DNA from: Candidatus Omnitrophota bacterium | GTDB lineage: Bacteria; Omnitrophota; Gorgyraeia; JACQQV01 | Direction of reading: 5' to 3' | Length of the DNA stretch: 64,000 nt | NCBI GenBank assembly: GCA_016206785.1 | Contig: JACQQV010000046.1 | Coordinates: 19,512 to 83,511, forward strand | Shown: positions 35,601 to 43,732 of the stretch, one piece after another | Layout: each line of letters begins with the position of its first letter | How positions within the stretch are numbered: position 1 is the stretch's first letter | Notes under the pieces: generated by a model | The model's database searches: none | Told to the model about the DNA's origin: nothing | The model's input: the letters and a program-made list of their open reading frames with translations, nothing else | Made by a program: the position numbers and the translations under genes

Positions 35601-38600
35601 GGCACCGAATTTCTCCAGAGGATTGACCGTTTCTTCGCCCCCCCTCGGCTCAAATGCTTCCGGAAGATGCTCTGCCGTCAGAATCGGTTCATAGTCGGAC
35701 ACCCGGTCGCGGGGGATCTTCGGGTCGTTTTCAGGAAGTTCTTTGAAAAGGGTCTGGCGGTAATCCGTTTCGGAAACGCCCTCTAAGGCGGTCCTCTTTA
35801 AATCGAGCGCTTCATGGGTCCATAGGCCATTCTCAAATTTCCAGCGGGGGTCTTTCTCTCCATTCCGATATCGCCACGCACCGCTATCGATATGGAGCCG
35901 GTATGCGTCCCGCCATTTTTCAAGAAGGGCGATCCGTTCGTGGTCCTGGTCATCCCTGAATTTTGCCTTCTCCTCTGCAAGCTCCGCTTCCACCAACGCC
36001 TTCCCGGTCTCAAGCATCTCCACCGGAAAATCATCACCCGTTGACTTTTTCTCGTCGGGCAGGGCATCCACCATCTCCTGCATCAGGGTAAAGATTGTAT
36101 CGGGACTGTAGATAAAAAGGAAAGGAACAGAAACCGCTTTCCGGCTCAAACCGAACTTTGCCGCACCCGGAAGTGCCATTCCCCAATCATCCCACGCCGG
36201 TTTCCCCCGAACAGGAGAACCGATCAGGGAGAAGGGCGTCGCATGCGTGAGATTCCGGTTTGCCATGAGCGTCAGGGGATCGGCAGAAGGTTGTCCTCCC
36301 CCAAGGGCGATCCACCGTAAAAACGGACTCAGGGTGGAGAGAGGGTCTACTATAAGATAGCCGTGGGCACTCGATTCTGAGCCGTCGATTCCTCTGATCC
36401 GGACCGGCGGAAAAAGCGCCTTCGGGTCCCGTGGAACAATCCGAATCATCTCCTCTTCCTTAAATTCTTCATAAAGACCGTGCGTGTGCGCTTTAAGCGG
36501 ATTCAGGGTGCCGAGGTAACTTGAATCGACTACGTTCCGTCCCATATGGGAGATCGCGGGGAGAGAAAAACTCTTTTCGACTTTAAGTTTCCGTGTATCT
36601 GGATCAAACCGGAGAGAGACGATTTCATTCGTATGGAGCGCCGAATCAATAAAAGCCTGCTTGTCCGCGTAGAACTTGTAACCGAGCCACGCCTCGCTCA
36701 CTTCAAGCGGAAGCTCGGGCGTCCCTTTCAGGGTTATTTCATGCTCCGTATGCACCAGCGTCATTTTGATATGCCGCAGCCGGTTGTTCCGTCCGATGTC
36801 GCTGTTTTGATAGACGCCGCTTTCGATTTCCGTTCCCCGGCCGACAGTCGTGTTGACCACTCTTGCGCCACTGATCCGGGCTTCCGGCCCGACCCGGGTC
36901 TGGTTCCCGGAAACCGTATAGACCCTTTTTCCGGAAAGATCTTTCCGGTCGAAGGACCAGTCGTCAAAGTTACCGGTTGTCTCCAAAACAGTATCGGATA
37001 AGACGGCGTTGTCCCCAACCAATGCTCCTGAAACAAAACTTGATTCAACAGTTGCCTGAACACCGATCTCCACGGCGTGGTCCTTTGTCGCTTGGATGTA
37101 ACTTCTTCCGATAATCCGGGCGCCCGGAAGAATTGCGACAAACCCTTCCCTCACATCGAAGACCACTTGATCGCCGACGATAGCGGCCCGTTCCAGACCG
37201 ATGATATTCCGCGGATCCCCGAGAATCTTATACCCTCCATCCCGGGCGGTGGCAAATTTTTGGTCTTCGGTCTTTGGTCTTTGGTCTATCTTTTCTCCCC
37301 CATCCCGGGCGGTTGTGGGGCCCGAGGAGCCGCGACGCCTACGAAGTGCGAGTTCATTCTTAAGAGTTTCTATTTCTCTCTCCAACAAAAATTTTGAAGA
37401 GGGTGAGGCGGTTTCGATCTGTGAAGTTAACTGGGCAATTTTGTCTTGCAGTTCCTGGGCTGTTTCTTTCCCTCTTCCTCCATCCTTGGCATGGGTTCTT
37501 TCAGTATCGTCCTCGGCGGCGCCAAAGGGTTCGATGCGAATCCCTTCAACGGACCAATCCTCACCAAATCGCGGCTTGGACCCTTTCCCTTCGACGGTCA
37601 CAACTTCCCTTGCGATGGTTGCAAGTGCCTTTGAACGCAAGCGGGCCGCTTTGACTCTCGCCTTCAGTTCTTCTGTAGGACCGGTGATCTCTGTCGCCGT
37701 TTTAAAAGGGAAGAAACCATTGAAATTTTCGCCTTCAGGAAACGTGAGATAAACGAGTTGCAACTCTATCCCCTTCTCCTCTTTTGAGAAATCTTTCAAT
37801 ATCTTCATCGATTCCTCATAAACCGCCCTATGACGCGGATGGGGATCATTGGGATCGTTTAACAAAATGATGATTTTGCCGCCCCGGCGGTACATCCCCA
37901 AAAAAGTTTTGAGGTTGCTTCTCAGTTGCGTCGCAGCCTGCCGGACGATTTCCTCATCAGGCATTTCCGGGTTTTGGCGAAGGATATCCGTGCCGATAAG
38001 GTTTGGGGGATCGGTTCCCAACCATCGTGCTGCATTTTTTTCTTCTTTTTCTCTTATTTCAGCCTTCCTCAACCGCTTTGTGGACAAGGGGATCGTTTCA
38101 TCCTCGTCTATCTCTGGCATATAAGCCCCGGATCCTGTCGATAGAATCCAGCTCTGAACATCCATTCCATATTTCTTAGACAGATACACCAGGGCTCCTC
38201 CCATGATCGCAATATCATCCGGATGCGCCGCAATCACGAGGAGGGGAACCTTTCCTCTGGAAAAGGTCTTGAACGACTCACGCCCCCACACCATTTCTCT
38301 GGATGAAAAAAGAGGCTTACCCCCTTTGAGAGTCACGGTGACATAGATTTCAGCATGAGGATGCTTTAACCCAAACTCCAGGGCATGCGCTGTGTCCGCA
38401 TTTCTCGCCATCAAATGATAGGGGAGGCGGCTATGCTGGCTGAGGTGCGCCTTGATCGCTTTCTCTTTGATCGCCGCGACCTCGTTGGTGAAAGGAACGA
38501 CCAGATTAAACCGACCTTGAACCTCAAGAGATTTGTAAAAAATGAAAATGGCCGACCGCCCCTGCGACCCCAGGACTTGTTCAACGTTGTCCCGTAGGAT

Positions 38601-40673
38601 CAGGTCATGCAAAGGTAAAAATACAAAATCGGGACGAAACTTGCGCAGATTTTTCCGAAGGGCCTTGAGGGCCTCCTCGTTCCTGTCCACAGTCATCCGG
38701 ATGATGGTGTTTCCTCTCTGTTCAAAAGCACCGATAAGGTTTCCTGCATAGAAATCAGGATCCCATGCTTTCAACTGGACAACAGCCACTTTTTTATCTT
38801 GAGGAATCGAGAATTGATGAACCCCTTCCACCTCCCGATCACCCAGAAGCACCTTCAGGTTTTCTTCCAACATCCTTCTCACACGACTTACGGTTAATTC
38901 CTTCTCCCCTCCCTCTTTGGCATACTTCTGTCCCAGCTGTCTCCCCTGCCCATCCTGGGCTGCTCCTCTTTCTAAATCACCCTTCAAGAAGCGCGGGACA
39001 CCCCGTTCGAGGGCGGGGAGCTGGCGAAGGTTTTCATCGGCAGGCGTGGCAGGCTTTGCCTTTTCTTTCAGGATCTCGTGATAAAGTTCAAGGTTTGAAG
39101 GCTGCGTAATTTTAGGAGCGATGACCATGTAGGAATAGTTCTGCTCCCTTAGAAGTCTCGTGATCTGAGCCGTATGAAAACCTCCTGCAATAAGGACCAC
39201 CACATCGACATGTTCCCCATTCATCTTTGAGATGGCATTTTCCACGAGGGCATTATCCCGCTTCATCCCGGTTTCATAAAAAGACTCCAGAAGGGCGAGA
39301 TGATTGTCAATGGGAGAGGTGTCTTCCGGGAAAGAAAGGGTGAGTTTATACTGCTGCATTTTCCCGACGAGAAATTTCTTCCACCCCTTAATGGGGAAGC
39401 CTTGACGATCTTGCTGATACGCATGAAGGTCTTCGGGAGAGAGATTTAATTCCAGAAAATTGAGGAGGATGTCCAGTCTATCGGAGATTTCAGAAAGGGT
39501 TCGTTCGTCATTCGATGTATACAAACGCCCCTTGATCTCTTTTTCAAGGATCTTTCCCTCTCGAAAAAGTTCTACATGGTCGCGGTCTGCATACAGAAGG
39601 ATATAGTCGATATAGAGGTCAAGATCCTGATGGCTTCCTTTGGCCGGGTCTTTCTGCTTCAGGATCTCTTTTAAGAAACCGTAATACTCTTTGGGCCCCG
39701 CTTCATTGAGTTTGTATTTGAGCCCCTTCTCTGCCAAGGAGGTGAGTTCTCCTTTTGAAAGGACCTGCGTCAGTTTTCCAATCAAGGCCTGATGCTGGCC
39801 GTCTACCTTCTGGAAGTCGATTTTCTTCTCTAAGACCGAGGCCTCGAGGAAATTCTTGAAGTTGGGATAGCGGGAAAGATCGACCTTTTCGCTAAGGGCC
39901 ACTCCTCCTAAATACTGGTAGTACTCAACCGCCTGCCCCTTCCCTTCCTCATACGCATATTTCTCACGCTCAAGTTCCTTGAGCCTCGGAGAAAAGAGGT
40001 TCACTTTGAGTGTCTCGACGATCGCCTTGACCGACCGTGCCACCTTAAGGGCTTTTTCTTTAAAGGCATCCACCTTAAAGAAAATATCGAGATTTTTGTC
40101 ATAGAGCTCTTCATCTTCAATCCCCCAGAGGGTGATCGGGTTATCCGATGTGATATCGAGATACTCCTCCCCTGAGATCTTTCCCGCCTTGAGGTATTTC
40201 TCAGCCACTTCAAGGCGCTTTTCTTTACTCGCTTCGGACCTTAGGAACGAAAGACTGGTATCTCCGCTTCCTCCTTCCACCAAGATGAGGCGGAGTCCGT
40301 TTTGTTTGATCAGTTTGTCGAGGATGTTGGCGAGGTTCTTTTGGGCTTCGTAATGAACATGGACATCTTGGATATGGATGACAAGGGGTTTTGGATTTCC
40401 CTGGTAGGTTTCGGAGATGCGGCCATATTCAGGGGGGACCTGAACCGCCTGGACCAGTGTTTTGGGGCGATCCCCCAGAAGACTTAAAGGATCGAGGGCG
40501 GGCTTGGGTGAACCTCTGTTTTCTTCCGGCTTAAATTCTAAATCTTGGGTCTCTCGTTCTTGCTCTTTCTTTTCTTCAACGGACCGGAAGATGCTCCGCT
40601 GGGCGTGGGAGGAAGGAACGATTGAAAAAAGAAAGCATGCCCCTAAGAAAAGGAGGAGGAGTTTCCGTGCCAT
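32628..40673 (-). CDS. Giant secreted multidomain protein (2681 aa): signal peptide, conserved N-domain, PIG-L-like deacetylase pair, two left-handed beta-helix modules, PP2C-type phosphatase, unknown C-terminal region
   Basis: Uninterrupted ORF with signal peptide. Motifs HIQDVH..AQKN/VEGG/GGFH; HPDD and HPRH; hexapeptide repeats IDPTAVIGNQVEIEEGAVIGPGVILEG; DGH/GD/DDG/DN. Confidence 0.9.
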   Translation of the reverse strand: MARKLLLLFLGACFLFSIVPSSHAQRSIFRSVEEKKEQERETQDLEFKPEENRGSPKPALDPLSLLGDRPKTLVQAVQVPPEYGRISETYQGNPKPLVIHIQDVHVHYEAQKNLANILDKLIKQNGLRLILVEGGSGDTSLSFLRSEASKEKRLEVAEKYLKAGKISGEEYLDITSDNPITLWGIEDEELYDKNLDIFFKVDAFKEKALKVARSVKAIVETLKVNLFSPRLKELEREKYAYEEGKGQAVEYYQYLGGVALSEKVDLSRYPNFKNFLEASVLEKKIDFQKVDGQHQALIGKLTQVLSKGELTSLAEKGLKYKLNEAGPKEYYGFLKEILKQKDPAKGSHQDLDLYIDYILLYADRDHVELFREGKILEKEIKGRLYTSNDERTLSEISDRLDILLNFLELNLSPEDLHAYQQDRQGFPIKGWKKFLVGKMQQYKLTLSFPEDTSPIDNHLALLESFYETGMKRDNALVENAISKMNGEHVDVVVLIAGGFHTAQITRLLREQNYSYMVIAPKITQPSNLELYHEILKEKAKPATPADENLRQLPALERGVPRFLKGDLERGAAQDGQGRQLGQKYAKEGGEKELTVSRVRRMLEENLKVLLGDREVEGVHQFSIPQDKKVAVVQLKAWDPDFYAGNLIGAFEQRGNTIIRMTVDRNEEALKALRKNLRKFRPDFVFLPLHDLILRDNVEQVLGSQGRSAIFIFYKSLEVQGRFNLVVPFTNEVAAIKEKAIKAHLSQHSRLPYHLMARNADTAHALEFGLKHPHAEIYVTVTLKGGKPLFSSREMVWGRESFKTFSRGKVPLLVIAAHPDDIAIMGGALVYLSKKYGMDVQSWILSTGSGAYMPEIDEDETIPLSTKRLRKAEIREKEEKNAARWLGTDPPNLIGTDILRQNPEMPDEEIVRQAATQLRSNLKTFLGMYRRGGKIIILLNDPNDPHPRHRAVYEESMKILKDFSKEEKGIELQLVYLTFPEGENFNGFFPFKTATEITGPTEELKARVKAARLRSKALATIAREVVTVEGKGSKPRFGEDWSVEGIRIEPFGAAEDDTERTHAKDGGRGKETAQELQDKIAQLTSQIETASPSSKFLLEREIETLKNELALRRRRGSSGPTTARDGGEKIDQRPKTEDQKFATARDGGYKILGDPRNIIGLERAAIVGDQVVFDVREGFVAILPGARIIGRSYIQATKDHAVEIGVQATVESSFVSGALVGDNAVLSDTVLETTGNFDDWSFDRKDLSGKRVYTVSGNQTRVGPEARISGARVVNTTVGRGTEIESGVYQNSDIGRNNRLRHIKMTLVHTEHEITLKGTPELPLEVSEAWLGYKFYADKQAFIDSALHTNEIVSLRFDPDTRKLKVEKSFSLPAISHMGRNVVDSSYLGTLNPLKAHTHGLYEEFKEEEMIRIVPRDPKALFPPVRIRGIDGSESSAHGYLIVDPLSTLSPFLRWIALGGGQPSADPLTLMANRNLTHATPFSLIGSPVRGKPAWDDWGMALPGAAKFGLSRKAVSVPFLFIYSPDTIFTLMQEMVDALPDEKKSTGDDFPVEMLETGKALVEAELAEEKAKFRDDQDHERIALLEKWRDAYRLHIDSGAWRYRNGEKDPRWKFENGLWTHEALDLKRTALEGVSETDYRQTLFKELPENDPKIPRDRVSDYEPILTAEHLPEAFEPRGGEETVNPLEKFGAIADIDPTAVIGNQVEIEEGAVIGPGVILEGKTVIRKGAKIFGSHLIDTTVGEETFVWGSGIQYARIGRRARLVRMFIDSTEGNISDIGNGVRLSMGRVQNTFIGDETEGSLFLAKLSNIGKYHLLEPYATVLSSHFDDSTPGVNRGIGSLHVNVFVSGLYTNHHLAGRALNVVARPITFRAKGKTIEVANAPNWGGGSTVVPDRPDSSGRIILETTFVGTNTIFEVEDGEETYLGFGSIVAQRVKAGEHLIHFTQKLGPGPQNDIIGGVLLRPDLVLRHILSKTKSATKNPLDVDLLMEAKIQEALEQVHEELTMVRAGQTHHPVLGYPFHSEEQLKRGIDIFEDNLDGRWRMENHKFVNGFWLFKDGRYSWNVEYEAGEKEAVSGGKVSYVADIGTGREGQESRTLVHPVRVGNIEGDLIAVIDGHYDEEAAHLIKRKLPSIFENALREKGENFRDVYETTDRALLALVEKMDSGALVAVAFIRKVGDERRVSGFGRGDAWLMIADQGEIRLTTPEQNPALDEEGRNIALAKGAVYHEGSQDFGRAARVGPYWRFTNSYGDRRMRPYLREEAWFLEGELPLGDQSTVLLGDDGVAYDLKGKRQWLAENIAGWAGRGEPANAILNRRNDQLSKEAEVKSHREWNDNRVLIVHQPETIAVRDGAERYVARDPEWLMAQGKYADRTPSEELKRNAKPKFHLYHSSLLREDLGESFSLALDHLADATGNPRDNRKSLFKNTLIIDDSSVTSGEIDAYLAKHALRPEQFSVIVTQGMLFEKLRIKGTDEEIAEFLRISPENLEYRLRAYGKTREQILVEMKEEASMWYGSAIRSRYYAKTLEDLLWEKFADQNIDFPLLESPDVVVIASRDNINLWKGSGVVSMPNPRMQTGLALVESKTPGAKPKIQSKVRMVVFDPSFNWSSDSATPNALNLASFLVNVAAEVSVVQHTWQARGNLGELAQFLKMEGNMIQAAPIPIGSEYRKAYETYLNSV

Positions 40674-40704
40674 GTTTTCTCACCACCCATCCTTCTGGAG
40701 AACC

Positions 40705-41718
40705 TTACAAGCCAGCCAAGGTGTTCCGGAGTTCGAGAAGCGTGTTCCTCGCTTGTTCAGAGACATTGATCGAAGGATTGACAAAGTCAGGACCCTCTTC
40801 AAGTTTGGCTAACAGCGCTTTCTCCAGGGCATCGACACCGGCTAGCTCTTCTTTAAAAGGAAGATCGAAGACAAACGCGACCAGCGATGTTATCGTTTTA
40901 AATGCTTCAGCCACCTCTTTCCTCGCAAAAATCTTTGTCAGTGGATGACCACCCGTGCGTTCTTTGACATAGTCATGGGTGCCGCCGGCATAACTCAAAA
41001 GTTCCGGAGGAACGACGATTCCAAAGTCATCCGGGTTCAGATCTACTTCTTCCCCCGTGTGGCGACTGGCGAAGACGTTAAGCGCCTGAATCGCATCGTC
41101 AATATTCTGGGAATCGATCCCAGCGAGGAGTGGAGTTTCTTCCCTCATCGCGTAAGGAAGGAGAACGGATACGAGACCACTTCCCACCTTTCCAAAGGTA
41201 GGATTCCGCCGAATATGCCGCCAATAGTTGACATAGGCATCCGGATTATAGGCAAAATAGGCGAGGTCAAATCCAACGACCTCTGGGGCCTCCTGGGCTT
41301 GCACCTGATTCAGAATAATCCTTGAAAGGGGGCCTTTGAAGGTAGGAAAAATCTCCTGACCAACGGAAAGCCTCTCGATTTCTGTATCAATGGCAGCCAC
41401 TGCTCCTTCAAGATGCGTTGCGAGTCCCACATTTCCTGCTTCTCTGCGAATTGGGAGCTCCTCTGCCAGCTTTCTCTTCTCCCTTTCAAGTAAAGCGATC
41501 TTGACTGCAAGATTCACTCCTCTTTCTCCACCATCTGTGGAGGTGAGGTCATCCTTCAATCCCTTCATCATGCCGGGGTTCTCTTCTGCCATCGAGGGAC
41601 GAAACGTCTCCTGCGTGAGGGCATACCCCCAGGCGGGGAGAATCGCCGTCAGCGTAAAGCATACGCCGATAAAAAATGACGCTCTTCTTTGAATTCCTTT
41701 CTGTGCGTTCTCTTTCAT
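40705..41718 (-). CDS. Secreted 337-aa protein sharing linker and coiled-coil motifs with the giant protein
   Basis: GGAGGG RBS, signal peptide, ETFRP..A.E..LKDDL..TDGG and LLERE..L..EL..RR..G motifs. Confidence 0.85.
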   Translation of the reverse strand: MKENAQKGIQRRASFFIGVCFTLTAILPAWGYALTQETFRPSMAEENPGMMKGLKDDLTSTDGGERGVNLAVKIALLEREKRKLAEELPIRREAGNVGLATHLEGAVAAIDTEIERLSVGQEIFPTFKGPLSRIILNQVQAQEAPEVVGFDLAYFAYNPDAYVNYWRHIRRNPTFGKVGSGLVSVLLPYAMREETPLLAGIDSQNIDDAIQALNVFASRHTGEEVDLNPDDFGIVVPPELLSYAGGTHDYVKERTGGHPLTKIFARKEVAEAFKTITSLVAFVFDLPFKEELAGVDALEKALLAKLEEGPDFVNPSINVSEQARNTLLELRNTLAGL

Positions 41719-41740
41719 CTAAAACCCTCCTTTAAGGTTT

Positions 41741-43327
41741 TTATTCAACCAATCCTTCCGATCTTTGTCTGACCACAGAGTAGTAAAGTTCCGGATTCCC
41801 GGCTTCCGTAATCCTCGGGGAGATCACGATGTAAGAAGTCTTTTTATCCTTGAGAATCTGGGTAAGCCCCGGCGTATGAAATCCACCCGTGATGAGTACG
41901 GCAAACCGGACATGCTCCTTGTCCATCTGTTTGAGAGAATTCTCGACAAAGGCGATATCACGCTCCTGTGCGACGTCGTAAAAATGATCCAATGCCTTCA
42001 TATGGCTGTCGATCTCCGCGGAGCCTTCCGGAAGGGATACGGCGAGACGGTGTTCAACGCTTTTTATCTCAAGGAAAGGTAGAAAGGTTTTTACGGAAAA
42101 GCGAAGGCGGTTCTCGTGATACGTGGTATAGTCATCCGGTGAGATTTTTAGCTGAAGAAGATTGGATAAGAGTTTCAGGTGTTTTGCGATAGAGACCAGT
42201 TGCCGTTCATCCTCGGAGCGGACAAGTGTCTCACGAATCGCCTCTTCCAAGCGGTCCCCCTCTTTGAAAAGTTCCGAGTGATGAATGTCGCTATAGAGGG
42301 AAAGATAAGTGACGTACTTTTCAAGATTCTGCGCCTCTTTGAGGGATACCTCCTTTTGAGTCGCCAAGGTCTTGAGCGCTTCATAATACTCTTTCTGAGA
42401 AAGGGTTCCTTCTTTAAAGGCGAGACTTTGATCGACAAAGGATTCCATCTCGAGGTCACTGAGCTTTTCCGTCAAGGTCTTCATGATCGCGTCCCGCTCA
42501 TCATCCACCTTCTCAAAATCGATCTCTTTCTCGATAGCGGAAGCCTTGAGGAGCCGCTCGACATTCGGAGTCCCTTCCGGCGATTTAAGGGAAGCGAGAT
42601 ATTGGTAATACTCCACCAGTTCCATCTGTTCGGCATCATACGCCTCGCGCTTCCTTTCCAGCTCCCGGAGTGAAGGGTTGTAGATATTCTGTTTTAAGGT
42701 CTCAACGACCCGACGGATCCCCTCGACATTCTCGAGGGCGTTCTTCTTAAACTTCTCCACTTCCATAAAGGTGCGGAAATTCTCTTTGTAAAGTTCGGGG
42801 TCTTCGATCCCCTGCCGGATCATCGGATAATCGCTCACCAGTTCCAGATATTCGTCTCCAGACAAGAGTCCTTTCTTAAGATACCGTTCCGCCACCTCCT
42901 CGCGCGCCTTTTTCGAAGCGAGTTTTCGAAAAGAGGAGAGTTCTCCCCGGCGCTTTCCCCCTTCGACGAGAACCAGTTTCAATTGATTATTTCGGATGAG
43001 AGACTCCAGAATTGAGGCGAGATTTTTCTGCGCTTCATAGTGAACATGGGCATCCTGAATATGGATGATCGTTTTGTCCGAGTTTCCCTCATAGGCATCG
43101 ATGATTCTTCCATGCTGTTCGGGAATCTGGAGGGCGTTAAAAAGGACGGGTCTTGGGAGATGAAGCGCCGAAGGAGGAGCTTCAACCTTTGCAACCTCTT
43201 CAGTCTTCTTGACCTGTTGAAAAATGCTTCGTGAAGGTGGCTCCGCCCATACGGTCGATACAATCCCTAACAAGACGATAAGTAATTTTTGAATCACATG
43301 GCGGGTCCTGTCTCGGCGCTTTCCCAT
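41741..43327 (-). CDS. Stand-alone paralog of the giant protein's N-terminal domain (secreted)
   Basis: Colinear with giant aa ~25-540 (RSIF, IHIQDAHVHYEAQKNLA, LVEGG, GIED.ELY, RD..VEN, GGFHT, SY.VI.P.IT). Start uncertain: ATG 43327 or GTG 43297 is more likely than 43480. Confidence 0.88.
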   Translation of the reverse strand: MGKRRDRTRHVIQKLLIVLLGIVSTVWAEPPSRSIFQQVKKTEEVAKVEAPPSALHLPRPVLFNALQIPEQHGRIIDAYEGNSDKTIIHIQDAHVHYEAQKNLASILESLIRNNQLKLVLVEGGKRRGELSSFRKLASKKAREEVAERYLKKGLLSGDEYLELVSDYPMIRQGIEDPELYKENFRTFMEVEKFKKNALENVEGIRRVVETLKQNIYNPSLRELERKREAYDAEQMELVEYYQYLASLKSPEGTPNVERLLKASAIEKEIDFEKVDDERDAIMKTLTEKLSDLEMESFVDQSLAFKEGTLSQKEYYEALKTLATQKEVSLKEAQNLEKYVTYLSLYSDIHHSELFKEGDRLEEAIRETLVRSEDERQLVSIAKHLKLLSNLLQLKISPDDYTTYHENRLRFSVKTFLPFLEIKSVEHRLAVSLPEGSAEIDSHMKALDHFYDVAQERDIAFVENSLKQMDKEHVRFAVLITGGFHTPGLTQILKDKKTSYIVISPRITEAGNPELYYSVVRQRSEGLVE

Positions 43328-43424
43328 TCCTTCTCGCTCCACCACTCCCCCAGTGGGGCGGACGGAAAGTGCTGTGGCCCCTTCCGCTCGTCGGAATGGG
43401 AGCCCTTGCGCCTCGCCACCCGCC
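43300..43424 (-). repeat. ~125-bp structured dispersed repeat, copy 1
   Basis: Aligns with 56541-56673 (+): AAGGGCTCCCATTC.GACGAGCGGAAGGGG ... GGTGGAGCGAG.A.GAATGGGAA...GCCGAGACAGGACCC. Confidence 0.85.
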
Positions 43425-43615
43425 ATCAGCATCCTATTTTCTCTTTCCTCTATTCTATAGTTCTCTCTCATTTTTTTCACGAAGAGGGTCGCGAGGTGGG
43501 TTTAGGTTGGGAAGGATGGGGGTCCAGGCCCAAACCCTATCCCACCTGCGCGTCCCAAGTGTTTATAAAAGTTCTAAAGAAAGTGGGTAAAAAAATAACC
43601 CCCGATCCTGTGACA

Positions 43616-43644
43616 AGTATATCATTAGGAAGAGGGATTGTCAA
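43616..43644 (-). promoter_or_regulatory. Sigma70 promoter of the three-gene giant-protein unit
   Basis: Minus strand TTGACA-17 bp-TATACT with extended TG; AT-rich upstream region. Confidence 0.75.
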
Positions 43645-43732
43645 GGGTTATAGGAGCTATCTAAATTTTATGTAACTATAATGTTTACAATATATTAGTT
43701 TAAACTAAAATCAACATTTTGCTTCGACTAAC

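Noticed and set aside
32628-40673. Giant protein as RTX/MARTX, Rhs, autotransporter or intein-containing protein
   Set aside because: No GGxGxD nonapeptide arrays, YD repeats, C-terminal beta-barrel signature or intein C...HN motifs were recognised.
32516-43730. Giant-gene block as an integrated island or prophage at tRNA-Leu
   Set aside because: No integrase, phage gene or duplicated tRNA 3' end was seen at the far boundary; adjacency alone is insufficient.
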